From the IMG/VR virus record IMGVR_UViG_3300010149_000010: a stretch of DNA of 64,000 nt. One strand, written 5' to 3'. Positions 12,101 through 21,482 of the stretch are shown in pieces. Source of the stretch: a virus. Position 1 is the first letter of the stretch. Every line of letters begins with the position of its first letter. A program made the translations under genes and the position numbers. The notes under the pieces were generated by a model, which saw nothing but the letters and a program-made list of their open reading frames with translations, had not been told where the DNA came from and ran no database searches.

Positions 12101-15100
12101 AATTACTTTCTTGAGGTAGGTTTCCTGAAAATACACCATGCCGCCTCTCTATAAACCCTCCAGGTTCTTCTAAAATCTTTGAAGCATCTCGCCTTTTGTT
12201 TAAAAGGGACTCCCTTTCAGCAACAAACTTTTCGTAACCTTCTTCACCTTTTATACTGGCTCTTTCTTGTTTGATTTCTTGCCTTTTGGCATAAACTTCT
12301 TGCCCCCTAGTATAAACAGCATCTCTTTCATCAAGTTTTTCTAAACCAGTAACCCCTTTTAATATTTCCGAAACTTTATCTTGGTTTAATGATTTTCTAA
12401 TCTTTTTAAGATGCTCTACATAATCCGGTGTAAACTCTTCTCCTTTTTCTACATTTCTTAAAAACTGTAGTGGTTTTAGCTCTTTTTCAAAATCGTATTG
12501 ATAAATACCCATGCTTGCAAAAATGTGTGAAAAACCTATGAGAGGATTTCTTTGTATCGTTCCAGAAATTCCTTCTTTTTTGCTTCGATGCATGCCAGTA
12601 AAAAAGGCTTCCAAAGTCTCTTCCATTATTTTGTTTGTTTCTTTTTTGGTAGAGACTTTACCTTGAGAAGCTAAATGTTTATTTATTGCTGATTCGTAGG
12701 TACCCATTCCATCTAGGAAAGCCTGTTGATCCATAAATGCAACATAGCCCATTTCTTTGTTTACCACTTCAGACAAAGAGTCTACAATTTGCTTTTGAAC
12801 ATTCAGATCATCGCTAAAGATTGTAGCTCCAACGCCTTTTTTTCCTAAAGTGAACCCACCTCCCATATAAGAGCCTGATCCTAAGATTTTACCACTTAGT
12901 GTACTCCTGATCGCTGTACCCGTTATTTTGCTTAATCTTTTTCTAACTTCAGTAAAGCCTGAAATTGATTTTTCGATTTCATCTTCATCAGTTCCAGCAT
13001 CCTTCAACGAAGATAAAGATGATAGCAAGTCTGTAATATTTCTTCCGTATTCAGCTTCTACTTTTATGACTTCATCACTCGACCTGATCTCATGGCCTAA
13101 AAACCCTTGAAAGGTATCTTCTCCTGGGAGAAATATTTCTTTTTTGCCTCCAGTAAATTCGTACAGCCTATCCAGCCCCTCTTTAGAGAGGCCCATTTTT
13201 TCTAAATCAAGTATGTTCCCTCCTTTCCTGGCAGACAGTTTTTCAACGACTTCTTTCTCTTTGCCTTGCCCAAGGTCTAAAAGTTCAGTTACCTCTTCTT
13301 CGGTTAGTTTACCAACATCGCTTAAACCTGATATCTGCTCTTTTATATTTGTTGCATCAAGCTTTCCAAGAGATTCTTGTGTCAGCTTCATTCCCATCAA
13401 GCCTCCAGCGCGACTTTCGAATCCTTCCATTCTGGTTATCATTGAAGAAACGTATCCCGTCGCTTCTTTTGAATCCATCCCCCAAAAGGATCTTAAAGAA
13501 GAATAAAGATAGTTCGCAAACCTTGGTTCAGCCTTAGCTACGCTTCTGCCCAGGTCTGTATGTGGAGTACCAACAGTTCCAAACGCAGCACCGATTACCA
13601 CACCTCTTTTTGCTGTCTCTTCGATTTTACTTAAATAGGGATCAACATCAACTACACCCGCGTCTTTTAAACCCGCAGCTATTTTTCTTTCAAAATATTC
13701 TAAGTTTAAACCAAACTTTTTATTGCTTGCTTGGTTTCTAGCATAAGACATTACCATTCCAAAATGATCAGCACTTATTCCTTCATCACCAGCCCTTTTT
13801 GCAATTGTTTGAAAGAACTTCCCTAAAGTTGAAGCGCTTTTTTGCTTTGCAGACACTTGGTCTACATTTGTTAGCGTGCTTTTAAAATCACCCAATTGGT
13901 TGTCATTTATTTCGGTAAGCAATTCATCTGCATTGTCTAAAGACCCCATACTAGTATTTAATGCTTTGTCCATTGCTGCTTCATCCAACCCGAGCATCTT
14001 CATACCTCCGTGTATCTGCGTACGCAGATACCCAGCAGACTTTCCCAATTGAGCTGTTGTGGTAAGCAAGGTGTTCTCTATCCTTCCCCCAAAACCGTCT
14101 TTATTGAAAAACACCTCTCCAATGTCACGAACACCCAACTCTTCCAGTTTCTTCAACATAGAAGATTCATTAATTGTAAGCGTTGTGTCTTTGGCTAAAG
14201 AAGAGAATAGTTTGCTATAATCAACGTCTTGCAACACTTGGCCTTTAAGATGGTAGCGGTCCCTTCCTGTTTCCATGCTTTTTTCAGAAAGCCCAAGCGT
14301 AAATCTTTTCATACCTTTGTGACGTTTGATGTGCACAATTCTGTCGTCTTGTTTTCCTAAAACAGCACGCCCTTCAGAATCTCCAAATTGTTTGAAAAAA
14401 TCATCAATATCGTAATCGTCACCATCAACGAGTGAACCTATAGTTAAAAACTTTCTGTTATTGTCTTTTGAAGCATTTAAAACTTCCGTCAATAACTTGC
14501 TCTGGTTAATACCTTCTTTGTTTATGGTTTTTGTATAACCTTTTTTAACCTGAATGGTGCCCCCCATATAACTCATCCCTTCACCAAGGCCTAATTGAGC
14601 AGCAGGGTTTTTTATTTTTTTTGCTCCGTGTTGTGCTTCTTCAAGTTTTTCAAAAATCATAATAGCGCCAAAGTTTACGCCTCTGATATTTTTAGATACT
14701 TCCTTATCACTGGTGATTCCAATCAATTCATTGCTTGCCCCAGATATTTTAATGTCTCCCTTTTTTCCAAAAGTAGCGTCTCTTTCAACACCTGCAAACC
14801 CTGCTGCTAATTCGGGTCTTCCGTAAACTTGACCAGCACGCGCTGTTTGAGGCACTAAACTGCGGTCCAGTCGCCCATACCTTTTCATCGCATTGAAGGC
14901 CGTTTTTGTTTTTGTTCCAGAATCATTCTCCAGTCGCTCAATATGACCTACTATCATTTCTCTTTTTAAATCAAATGGATCCTTAAATCTAGAAGTCAAA
15001 GTTTGCGAACCTGAAGTACCTCCATAAATTTCTGACTCATATTGAAGTATTTTTTTCGTTACTTGCTCCCTGTCTTTTTGTGCAAATTTTTCCAGTCCAG

Positions 15101-16352
15101 CAATTCTATGTATTGATGATTGAAAAGCTCGAGAATCTATAAGTGTAGACATCAAGTCTTTGTCGATTAAATTTATTTCTTTTCCACCATTAATTGTTCT
15201 GCTTGAATTCAATCCTTCAATCATTGTTCTTGGGGTCTCTATTGACATCGACCTAATATAGTCATTGTACTCATTTATATTTGTCACGCTAAAATTTTGA
15301 AAAGACTGTTTGTTTTCTTTTATCAATCCAAATAAATGATCTTCTAAGCTCATTGTAGCGTCTTTTAGCGCAGCTGCTGCCCCAGTCCCCTTTGGGGTTG
15401 CTAACTGATTCAAATCTAAACTAGGGAAAATTTTTGCAGCGTCTATTACACCCCCACTAGTAGTGTACCGTGTAGACATATTCTCCGTCCCTCTTATTAT
15501 TGTCATTCCAGATCTTGGGTCTTTAGCCAGGTCTAAAGCTACGTTTTGAAACCTCCCACTGCTATGCTCTACTCTCGCATAAGTAGACTTACCTTCACCT
15601 GGTCCATACTCTTCTAAAGATACTAATTGTATATTCTTTCCTGAAGCCATGGATTTAAGTTCCCCATATTTCTTCGTCGCTTTTCTACTCAGATCACTTG
15701 TCGATGCTGACTTCCACTCTACAGTGGAGGTTCCTTCTGTTGTGAAATCTTTGAAGGTGGTATTGAATTGGCCTTTTGTTTTCATCATTGAAGAGTGTCT
15801 TTTTTTGAATTCTTGCAACTTTGGACCGCTAGTACTTACACTACTTTTATAAAAATCAATAGCAGTCCGCATATCAACCTGTTCGATGTTTCCTGTTTCA
15901 ACACCTTGGTACAGTTTTTCTAACGATGCTTTTAGTGATCCCGAATCATCAATCATGCTTTCGCTAGCAGTATCAAAAAGTGCTGACAAAAAAGCCCTTG
16001 CTTCATTTGCGGAAGATGTTTCATTAAACATTCTTTCTAGGTTCTCACTACTTAAAATCTCCTCTTTAAAAGTTTTAAGTGCTACTTTCCTGCTTTCGTT
16101 TACAACACTCTTTAACCTTTCAGCATCTTTTCTAATTATGCTTCCTGCCCGACCTAACTCATTTTGCGAAGCAGAAGAGTTCTTTAAAGCCCCTAAGCTC
16201 TTCTTTACACCTGATGTTAAATTTACATTCTCGTTTAACAGGTAGGCTGTCCCAGCCACAGCAGCGGCTCCTATTACTGTGCGTCCAGTGTTTTTTATAT
16301 TCGACACTTCTTTATCTTTTTGCTGCTCATTTAATAGATTTATTAAAGACAT
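9165..16352 (-). CDS. 2395-aa tape-measure-locus protein, candidate virion (tail-delivered) two-barrel RNA polymerase with ComEA-like HhH insert
   Basis: GIGDFDADPY (10470-10484, D1957/D1959/D1961); QRNP (12543-12551); upstream GLGEGMSYM and KLFSSLAK; downstream KGIGGLD and AQEVLGIKGK; HhH VNLNLATKEELMQLKGVGPAVSEEIIAAR (about 11290-11382); lies between the tape measure and hub genes. Confidence 0.65.
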   Translation of the reverse strand: MSLINLLNEQQKDKEVSNIKNTGRTVIGAAAVAGTAYLLNENVNLTSGVKKSLGALKNSSASQNELGRAGSIIRKDAERLKSVVNESRKVALKTFKEEILSSENLERMFNETSSANEARAFLSALFDTASESMIDDSGSLKASLEKLYQGVETGNIEQVDMRTAIDFYKSSVSTSGPKLQEFKKRHSSMMKTKGQFNTTFKDFTTEGTSTVEWKSASTSDLSRKATKKYGELKSMASGKNIQLVSLEEYGPGEGKSTYARVEHSSGRFQNVALDLAKDPRSGMTIIRGTENMSTRYTTSGGVIDAAKIFPSLDLNQLATPKGTGAAAALKDATMSLEDHLFGLIKENKQSFQNFSVTNINEYNDYIRSMSIETPRTMIEGLNSSRTINGGKEINLIDKDLMSTLIDSRAFQSSIHRIAGLEKFAQKDREQVTKKILQYESEIYGGTSGSQTLTSRFKDPFDLKREMIVGHIERLENDSGTKTKTAFNAMKRYGRLDRSLVPQTARAGQVYGRPELAAGFAGVERDATFGKKGDIKISGASNELIGITSDKEVSKNIRGVNFGAIMIFEKLEEAQHGAKKIKNPAAQLGLGEGMSYMGGTIQVKKGYTKTINKEGINQSKLLTEVLNASKDNNRKFLTIGSLVDGDDYDIDDFFKQFGDSEGRAVLGKQDDRIVHIKRHKGMKRFTLGLSEKSMETGRDRYHLKGQVLQDVDYSKLFSSLAKDTTLTINESSMLKKLEELGVRDIGEVFFNKDGFGGRIENTLLTTTAQLGKSAGYLRTQIHGGMKMLGLDEAAMDKALNTSMGSLDNADELLTEINDNQLGDFKSTLTNVDQVSAKQKSASTLGKFFQTIAKRAGDEGISADHFGMVMSYARNQASNKKFGLNLEYFERKIAAGLKDAGVVDVDPYLSKIEETAKRGVVIGAAFGTVGTPHTDLGRSVAKAEPRFANYLYSSLRSFWGMDSKEATGYVSSMITRMEGFESRAGGLMGMKLTQESLGKLDATNIKEQISGLSDVGKLTEEEVTELLDLGQGKEKEVVEKLSARKGGNILDLEKMGLSKEGLDRLYEFTGGKKEIFLPGEDTFQGFLGHEIRSSDEVIKVEAEYGRNITDLLSSLSSLKDAGTDEDEIEKSISGFTEVRKRLSKITGTAIRSTLSGKILGSGSYMGGGFTLGKKGVGATIFSDDLNVQKQIVDSLSEVVNKEMGYVAFMDQQAFLDGMGTYESAINKHLASQGKVSTKKETNKIMEETLEAFFTGMHRSKKEGISGTIQRNPLIGFSHIFASMGIYQYDFEKELKPLQFLRNVEKGEEFTPDYVEHLKKIRKSLNQDKVSEILKGVTGLEKLDERDAVYTRGQEVYAKRQEIKQERASIKGEEGYEKFVAERESLLNKRRDASKILEEPGGFIERRHGVFSGNLPQESNLNLLAEDVGAAQAKRHSKVALLQDQFSKIKKKAEPIIEQIKKFNKAGSTKTTEYSKKAEELKGLNEEAKIIDNKIHKINEQITAADKNKDVYGRAVLGGGDVSEGNIRRSLEREFTETIEDVGAYGRSVDEGRLTSSFRHFENKKEAIGFINEMGPFFGFNADNKTHLRSLEGFENEFLARKFSGKNVPLLDEYGNQTGSKLNPLEELAQPDNKGRSKINMNREQISQRIKEVRSGGASVVNLNLATKEELMQLKGVGPAVSEEIIAARKKGMVTEESLEPFLERISSRNRGRVRKVLNENSNYTLAPQATKIDAYDVIRREARGEEVKMSEVKDRASNFYSQREISQRATRDLNEMEKNPFRGKQKRRKALFEEIERLNQEEDEIKAQKQLIENAQKESIENEGDITIKDIDEKIMNNAPEVSGLDTDFQGNKTQPRAPGISRPLKILDDVLGREVKTGADLAELRLLKESGKLNEEQVSAYGGIYKDMLNKHLEKGEHGGGTVRFPQIDMSMQIEDVNTGKRTAFSGRMDFARFGIGDFDADPYQVFFDVDKTLKNKMKNQGIDAKKMYTYGAEFLTNMSLLGEGVEKLGKRMGASQMTVAQSIVDEYQKEQIVKGIGGLDVQVKAGMLGLAQSAADDTSGDFAAQFKKIQSGAALISVAQEVLGIKGKKLPIAANISREYLSALKTSFNTGKGDALKSFFQDKIFKGTLLENAEGNLKIDAKSIEFHNLGEGNATKKFREALGDVNLNVQEIFDSFDVMARNVKKYGFNDFTSNKALGRKLEGSSRFNSQQLFQLMNKGFSMEGGVITGELDEIESIFSKVDSARSAFSETVSRSKGLAGVIAGSLLASYAVGANSPSSSLEPGGKFSDSISKEALKAGQGLSNRALQQSFSREHGNVSPGKINGIDNFYERPINSGVSTVSLNRSIKMYGEAPSLSAAQTMGKHFVSAGGQASLTVNDNRRPIGNAYINKMMRD

Positions 16353-16353
16353 T

Positions 16354-19300
16354 TTAACCTCTTATCGCTAAACTTAACATTGACAGGATCTCAGTGCTCC
16401 TATCGTCGTTGTAATGTATTTCCGCTCTACTATTTTCATAAGGAGCGTGAGAAGTGTTTATTAAGGATTTACTAAAATCTATTCCCGTAGAATTCTTCAT
16501 TCCTCTTATAAGCCTGTTTCTTGCAGAGCTTCTTGATGGGCCTGGGCTCTCGTACATGAACATGTCAGAACCTTCCAAGTATGGCCTTCTCGAGGCTCTT
16601 CTAACTTGGCTATTCCAGACGTCATAATCGTGTGTCTCTTGACTGCTATTGTCTATGTATTTTACTTTAACATCTTCGATATCGACATCTTTGTGCCATC
16701 CGATCCAATCAGGCCCAGGTAGAGGTTTATTTATAAAGTACTTTTCAACCTCTTGCAATTGCTGACTCATATAGCCAGGATCTATGTTTGCTTTAGCACC
16801 TGCACCCATTAATGTCAATTTTTCACCGCTATCAACTCTGCCCCATACAGCTTTATAAAGATGCACTTGGTCTTCAGGTACAAGCTCTAGTATTTTTTCT
16901 CGATCAGCTTCTCTTGCATTTGCAAAAGCGTCAAAAAATCTTTTTTCTGCATTCGGAAGGGATAAGTACATGCTTAAAGCATCTCCATTAGGATTCACTC
17001 CCGTCCTAGTTTGAGCTGCCATCTTCATGTATCTTTGACGGTCCTTGCCATTCTCTGCACCTTGTGCAAGCTGCATAAACTTTAAAAATTGTAATTTATC
17101 AAAATGGCTGTCTAATTCTTCTCTTTTAGTTACATGTAATGGTTTTCCGCCCCACCCCATTAGGTTAGCTGCACTATACAAAGCTGGTCTGAACCAGTCC
17201 CTTACGTGCTTGTCCCAAAAAGCGTTTGTCGTACCGTAAACTCTTTCCTGCTCGTAAGCTTCTATTGCGGACCTTGTTTTACCCAAAAGTTTTTGCGTTG
17301 GTCTAAACCCGCCTGGAATTAAATATTCCGCAGGCGCACTCACTTTTCTAATTATGCTTTCTGCACCTTGATATAAACTTTTGGTGATATCTGATACTAC
17401 AGGAATTTTAATAGCATTTTTCGCATACTCAAAGTCCCTAGTAGGTGCGAGCTTTTTTCTATGTGCTTCAGAAGCGTTTTCTAAAATTCTATTTTCTAAA
17501 TCAGTTGTAAGCCCAGCGACTCTTCTTTCCATTAGTTGATTTCTTAACCGAATAGTCTCTCTCGATTTAGGCGACAAATCAGAGAGTATCTTGTACTTAT
17601 GTATGTCCGGATAGTCTTCTGGATCTAGACCTTCTACCTCTGGGTTTAAAGCTTCATAAGCTTTTCCAGGCATTCTAGAAAACCCATTTGGAATCGATCT
17701 GTATGGGTCTCCCCTCCTGTATCTTGCAGGCATCCATGAAGGCATTGTGTTGGCAATTGGGTTGTACTTTTCAATTGTAGATCTTGGTCGAGGAAGAATT
17801 CTTCTTATTGGCTCTGAAGTAAAACCTAGCCCACCCAAATCCATATCCCAATAATCTAGCACTCCAGAATCCATGTCTGAAGAAGAGGCCATTTGAAAAT
17901 CTCTTGTACCTATTGTTTCCCTACCGGTTACCAGTTTTTGCAAATAGTTTTTTGTATAACCAGTAAGACCCTCTATTTCTCTGAACTGATACTGCACTTC
18001 TCCTAAAAGCGAAGACGTAGAGTAGGGGCTTTTTGGAACTCCTGGCCCCATTTGGCCTAAAGCTTTACTAGATCCAAACTCTTGCAAGTAGGTGTGCTCG
18101 ACTTGCCCTTTGTCGTTGATTTGCATCAACTCTTCTTCATGCATTAGCCTTGGGGGTTTTATTAACCGACCAATTGTATTTGAAAGTATGCTCCCAATAA
18201 CGGGCACATCTTCAAAAGCAGAGCCACTTATTGGGTAAGGCCTATCATAGTAATTTTTCTCTTCCAAATGGTAAGTAAAATTCTTCAACATAAAACGGCT
18301 TAAAGGAGAGTATTCTTCTGTTTCATCTCCCCAAACAGCTTTCTCTTTTGCTTGCGTCATTAAAGATACATAAGCATGCGGCCTAAAATAACTAGTTTCA
18401 TTCCCTCCCAAAGGCGTCCCGCCACCTTCCCACCATCTTCCTTTTTTAATTTCTACAAGCTTTTTACCAGAATAAATTTCTTTTAGTTCATCTGGGTTTT
18501 CCATTGTACCAAAAAGGCTTCCCGTTAAAAGCTGATGTGTTGCTGCAACCCCTAAAAATAAAGCTCCAAATCTTCTTAAAATAGGTGAAGCATTTAAACT
18601 TTTAGCAAACTCATCGTAAGTCTTAGTTACTTCTTCACCGTTAACCATTCTTGTTACGTCCCCTTTCATCGGGGCGCCCAAGAATGAATGAAATATTTCT
18701 GCTCCAAGTATCTCAGTACGCCTTAGCGTGTTGTCTAAAATGCTTCCGGATTTATATTTACTGTTTATTATTTCAATTCTATCTAATAAAGATCTATTTA
18801 AATCATTGGATTTGTAATTATTATCATAAACGTCTGATCTAATTTTTGCATTTATATTATATTCAAAATCTAAGATTTCTTTCTCTCTTTTCGACACATC
18901 TGTAATGTTTCCGACAATTTGAAATAGATCTTTATTTTTATTAAAAAAAGTACCTAACTTTTTTATTTCTGAATTCTCTAAATCTCCTGCCCCTTTATTT
19001 TTAATTATTTCGTCAATACGCCTCGTATACTCTTTTATTTCCGGCGAGCCCGCATGTAGATTTGAAATCTCCTCACCAAGAGGGTTGTATTTCATAAAAT
19101 TTTCGCTGTAATTGCCACTTCCAGATTTTATTGGTACTAATGCATCATATAACGCTGATGCTTTTACTTGCTTACTTGTTAGAGGTATATCTACTTTTCC
19201 AGTTTTGGCGGAAGCAACTAAACCCACCCTGTCTTTTATAAAATCTGGCACAACTTTTTTTGCAATCTTATCTATTGCACTCAAATTATTGTCTGCGCTC

Positions 19301-20751
19301 TTTCTTAAATATTCACTTCCGTATCCTGAATATGACAAAGCAGCAGCGCCTAAACCTAAAAACAAACCAGTAGTTGCATCTGTGAAGCCAGGCATTATCC
19401 CTTCTATGCCTCTCTTTACATAAGACATTCCTGTGATTTGCCCTAGGTAAGATCGACCTATGTCCAGGTTTACAGCTGTAGTTGCTACCCCCTCTATGAT
19501 ACCTTTATCAAAACCTGGAGCCAGTAGTTGCGCTAAAAAAGCTGCCCCGCCGACTTTTGTTGGCGTGAATTTTCCTCCACCTTTGGACATCTTATCATAC
19601 AAATAAGCAAATCCAACGCTTGTGCCTGCTGAAGCAATTAAGTTACCTGCACTGCCATGATTCCTTCTGTAGTGGTCAATTGTAGCTAGCCCAATACTAG
19701 CTGCGCCAATCTTGCTGGCCTTGTAACCTATTTCAAAAAATTGCTTATAAAACGGCCCAGGCTTGGTAGTAAGGCCTAAGCCTGTAGCGTCTGCAAAAGC
19801 ACTAAGATGTTTTCCTAAAATAGGTATCTGCTCTTTTGTAGCTGATATAACTCTATTGAATCTATTTAAACCTGCTGACAAGTAAGCCGTTGGGTAGGCA
19901 GTTCTTCTTCTTAAATCTTCTAATGAAGAAAAACTACCTTTCGCTGAAGCTATTAAACCTAACCTCTCTACGCTACCGTCAGAACCTTTAAAAATATCTT
20001 CAAAGACTACTCCTGGCACGTCCATGTTCTGTACAGAGCCTTGATAAGCAGGATTGATTTTTCCTGAAAGGTTTAGTTCCTCTATCAAATCATAAGGGTC
20101 TGCTGAGTAACGTAAATTTTGCACGGCCACATCGCTAGACAAAAGTTTTGATGCGCCTTTTTTCGTCTTTAGTTTAGTTTCAATTCCAGTTTGCTTGCCA
20201 GTTGAATCAACAACTGGCTCTTGAAACTCTTCAAGCTCTTCAAAGATTAATCTCCCCCGACCCCTTTGTTTAGATTCTTGCTCGTAAACAAGCCTGAACC
20301 TATCGTCATCAGTAGAGAAATGAGTGGCTATGTCTGAATAAGAGTCCTCGCCAATAATACCCTTAACTAGGTTCCTTGTACTTTCTTTGCTTAAGGAGTC
20401 TGAAGAAAAAACATATTTGTGCATTTCCTTAGAGTCTAAAGATGAGACTCCCTTCTCCATGCCCAACGCTTCTGGAGAAAGATATGGGCTCATGAATTCA
20501 GGTAACCTAAAAGTATTTGCAAACCCAAAAGGAGTTTTGTTTGCTAAGTTTCTTATCTGCCGCTGCAAGATATCATATTTAGTATAAGTGTTTTTACTAC
20601 CACCATACTGGCTATTCATTAAGAAATGTGCCCCAGCAAGTCCTGCTGCATATGGTGTCAAGGATAGCGCCCCTTCTATTAGAGGGTGCATATCAGGTTC
20701 AGCCGCTACAGCTGAATAAAAAACACTACCAGGACCTTGTTGAGTAAACAT
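16354..20751 (-). CDS. Tape measure-like protein (1465 aa)
   Basis: Immediately follows two tail chaperone genes; helical, with several Gly/Ala-rich hydrophobic segments (e.g. GLFLGLGAAALSY, FGALFLGVAATHQLL). Confidence 0.65.
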   Translation of the reverse strand: MFTQQGPGSVFYSAVAAEPDMHPLIEGALSLTPYAAGLAGAHFLMNSQYGGSKNTYTKYDILQRQIRNLANKTPFGFANTFRLPEFMSPYLSPEALGMEKGVSSLDSKEMHKYVFSSDSLSKESTRNLVKGIIGEDSYSDIATHFSTDDDRFRLVYEQESKQRGRGRLIFEELEEFQEPVVDSTGKQTGIETKLKTKKGASKLLSSDVAVQNLRYSADPYDLIEELNLSGKINPAYQGSVQNMDVPGVVFEDIFKGSDGSVERLGLIASAKGSFSSLEDLRRRTAYPTAYLSAGLNRFNRVISATKEQIPILGKHLSAFADATGLGLTTKPGPFYKQFFEIGYKASKIGAASIGLATIDHYRRNHGSAGNLIASAGTSVGFAYLYDKMSKGGGKFTPTKVGGAAFLAQLLAPGFDKGIIEGVATTAVNLDIGRSYLGQITGMSYVKRGIEGIMPGFTDATTGLFLGLGAAALSYSGYGSEYLRKSADNNLSAIDKIAKKVVPDFIKDRVGLVASAKTGKVDIPLTSKQVKASALYDALVPIKSGSGNYSENFMKYNPLGEEISNLHAGSPEIKEYTRRIDEIIKNKGAGDLENSEIKKLGTFFNKNKDLFQIVGNITDVSKREKEILDFEYNINAKIRSDVYDNNYKSNDLNRSLLDRIEIINSKYKSGSILDNTLRRTEILGAEIFHSFLGAPMKGDVTRMVNGEEVTKTYDEFAKSLNASPILRRFGALFLGVAATHQLLTGSLFGTMENPDELKEIYSGKKLVEIKKGRWWEGGGTPLGGNETSYFRPHAYVSLMTQAKEKAVWGDETEEYSPLSRFMLKNFTYHLEEKNYYDRPYPISGSAFEDVPVIGSILSNTIGRLIKPPRLMHEEELMQINDKGQVEHTYLQEFGSSKALGQMGPGVPKSPYSTSSLLGEVQYQFREIEGLTGYTKNYLQKLVTGRETIGTRDFQMASSSDMDSGVLDYWDMDLGGLGFTSEPIRRILPRPRSTIEKYNPIANTMPSWMPARYRRGDPYRSIPNGFSRMPGKAYEALNPEVEGLDPEDYPDIHKYKILSDLSPKSRETIRLRNQLMERRVAGLTTDLENRILENASEAHRKKLAPTRDFEYAKNAIKIPVVSDITKSLYQGAESIIRKVSAPAEYLIPGGFRPTQKLLGKTRSAIEAYEQERVYGTTNAFWDKHVRDWFRPALYSAANLMGWGGKPLHVTKREELDSHFDKLQFLKFMQLAQGAENGKDRQRYMKMAAQTRTGVNPNGDALSMYLSLPNAEKRFFDAFANAREADREKILELVPEDQVHLYKAVWGRVDSGEKLTLMGAGAKANIDPGYMSQQLQEVEKYFINKPLPGPDWIGWHKDVDIEDVKVKYIDNSSQETHDYDVWNSQVRRASRRPYLEGSDMFMYESPGPSRSSARNRLIRGMKNSTGIDFSKSLINTSHAPYENSRAEIHYNDDRSTEILSMLSLAIRG

Positions 20752-20757
20752 TGTGAG

Positions 20758-21468
20758 CTACCTTTTATCTAGAGATCTAAGCTGCGAAGCGCTCAATTTC
20801 TCCTTATTCAGTCTGTTCATTTCTTCTTTTAAAAATTCCTGTTCGACTTCTTGCAATTCCCAGTAACCCAACTCTTTTTCTAGAAGCTGAGAATCGTTTA
20901 CATAGTGCGTTTCACTTTCAGGTTCTTTTGCACCCGCGTCAGGATCTTCATCTTGAATATTATACATTTCCTTATATATATTTTCTAGATTGATTCTTTC
21001 AAATCCTGATTTAGTTTTAGACAATAAATTTTCAGCTGCAACAAAATTTTTCAAAAATTGTTTTTCTGTCATATTCTCAATATCAATTGGAGCGATACTG
21101 TTAAACGCAGAAAAAATAGTACAACGCATATGCTCGTATATGCTGTCTATAGGGTTCAGTTTTCTTTCATTGGCAATTGCCAATAAAAATTCTTCTCCAC
21201 TATTGTCCCCCGACAACTTGTATATAAGCTCGCCAGTGCTAATTCCATAACCAGCAGGTAAAGAATTAGGTAAATAAGCAGTATTCACCAAACAGCACAA
21301 GTTGAATATTTCATCGTAAAGCAAATAAGGTGGTACGTTGCTATTTAACAATTTATTGAATAGATTAAACTCTTTTATTTTAAGTAATCTAAATTCAAAA
21401 GTGCAGAACTCATCAAATGCAATGCAATATAAATCACAGTCTGATTCTAAGACTTTTTTTAAATCCAT
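20758..21468 (-). CDS. Tail assembly chaperone-like protein (236 aa)
   Basis: Position before the tape measure gene; FEFRLL...C.L...LPAG...IYKLSG pattern mirrors the C-terminal domain of the upstream 303-aa protein. Confidence 0.55.
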   Translation of the reverse strand: MDLKKVLESDCDLYCIAFDEFCTFEFRLLKIKEFNLFNKLLNSNVPPYLLYDEIFNLCCLVNTAYLPNSLPAGYGISTGELIYKLSGDNSGEEFLLAIANERKLNPIDSIYEHMRCTIFSAFNSIAPIDIENMTEKQFLKNFVAAENLLSKTKSGFERINLENIYKEMYNIQDEDPDAGAKEPESETHYVNDSQLLEKELGYWELQEVEQEFLKEEMNRLNKEKLSASQLRSLDKR

Positions 21469-21482
21469 TGCAGCGCCCTATT

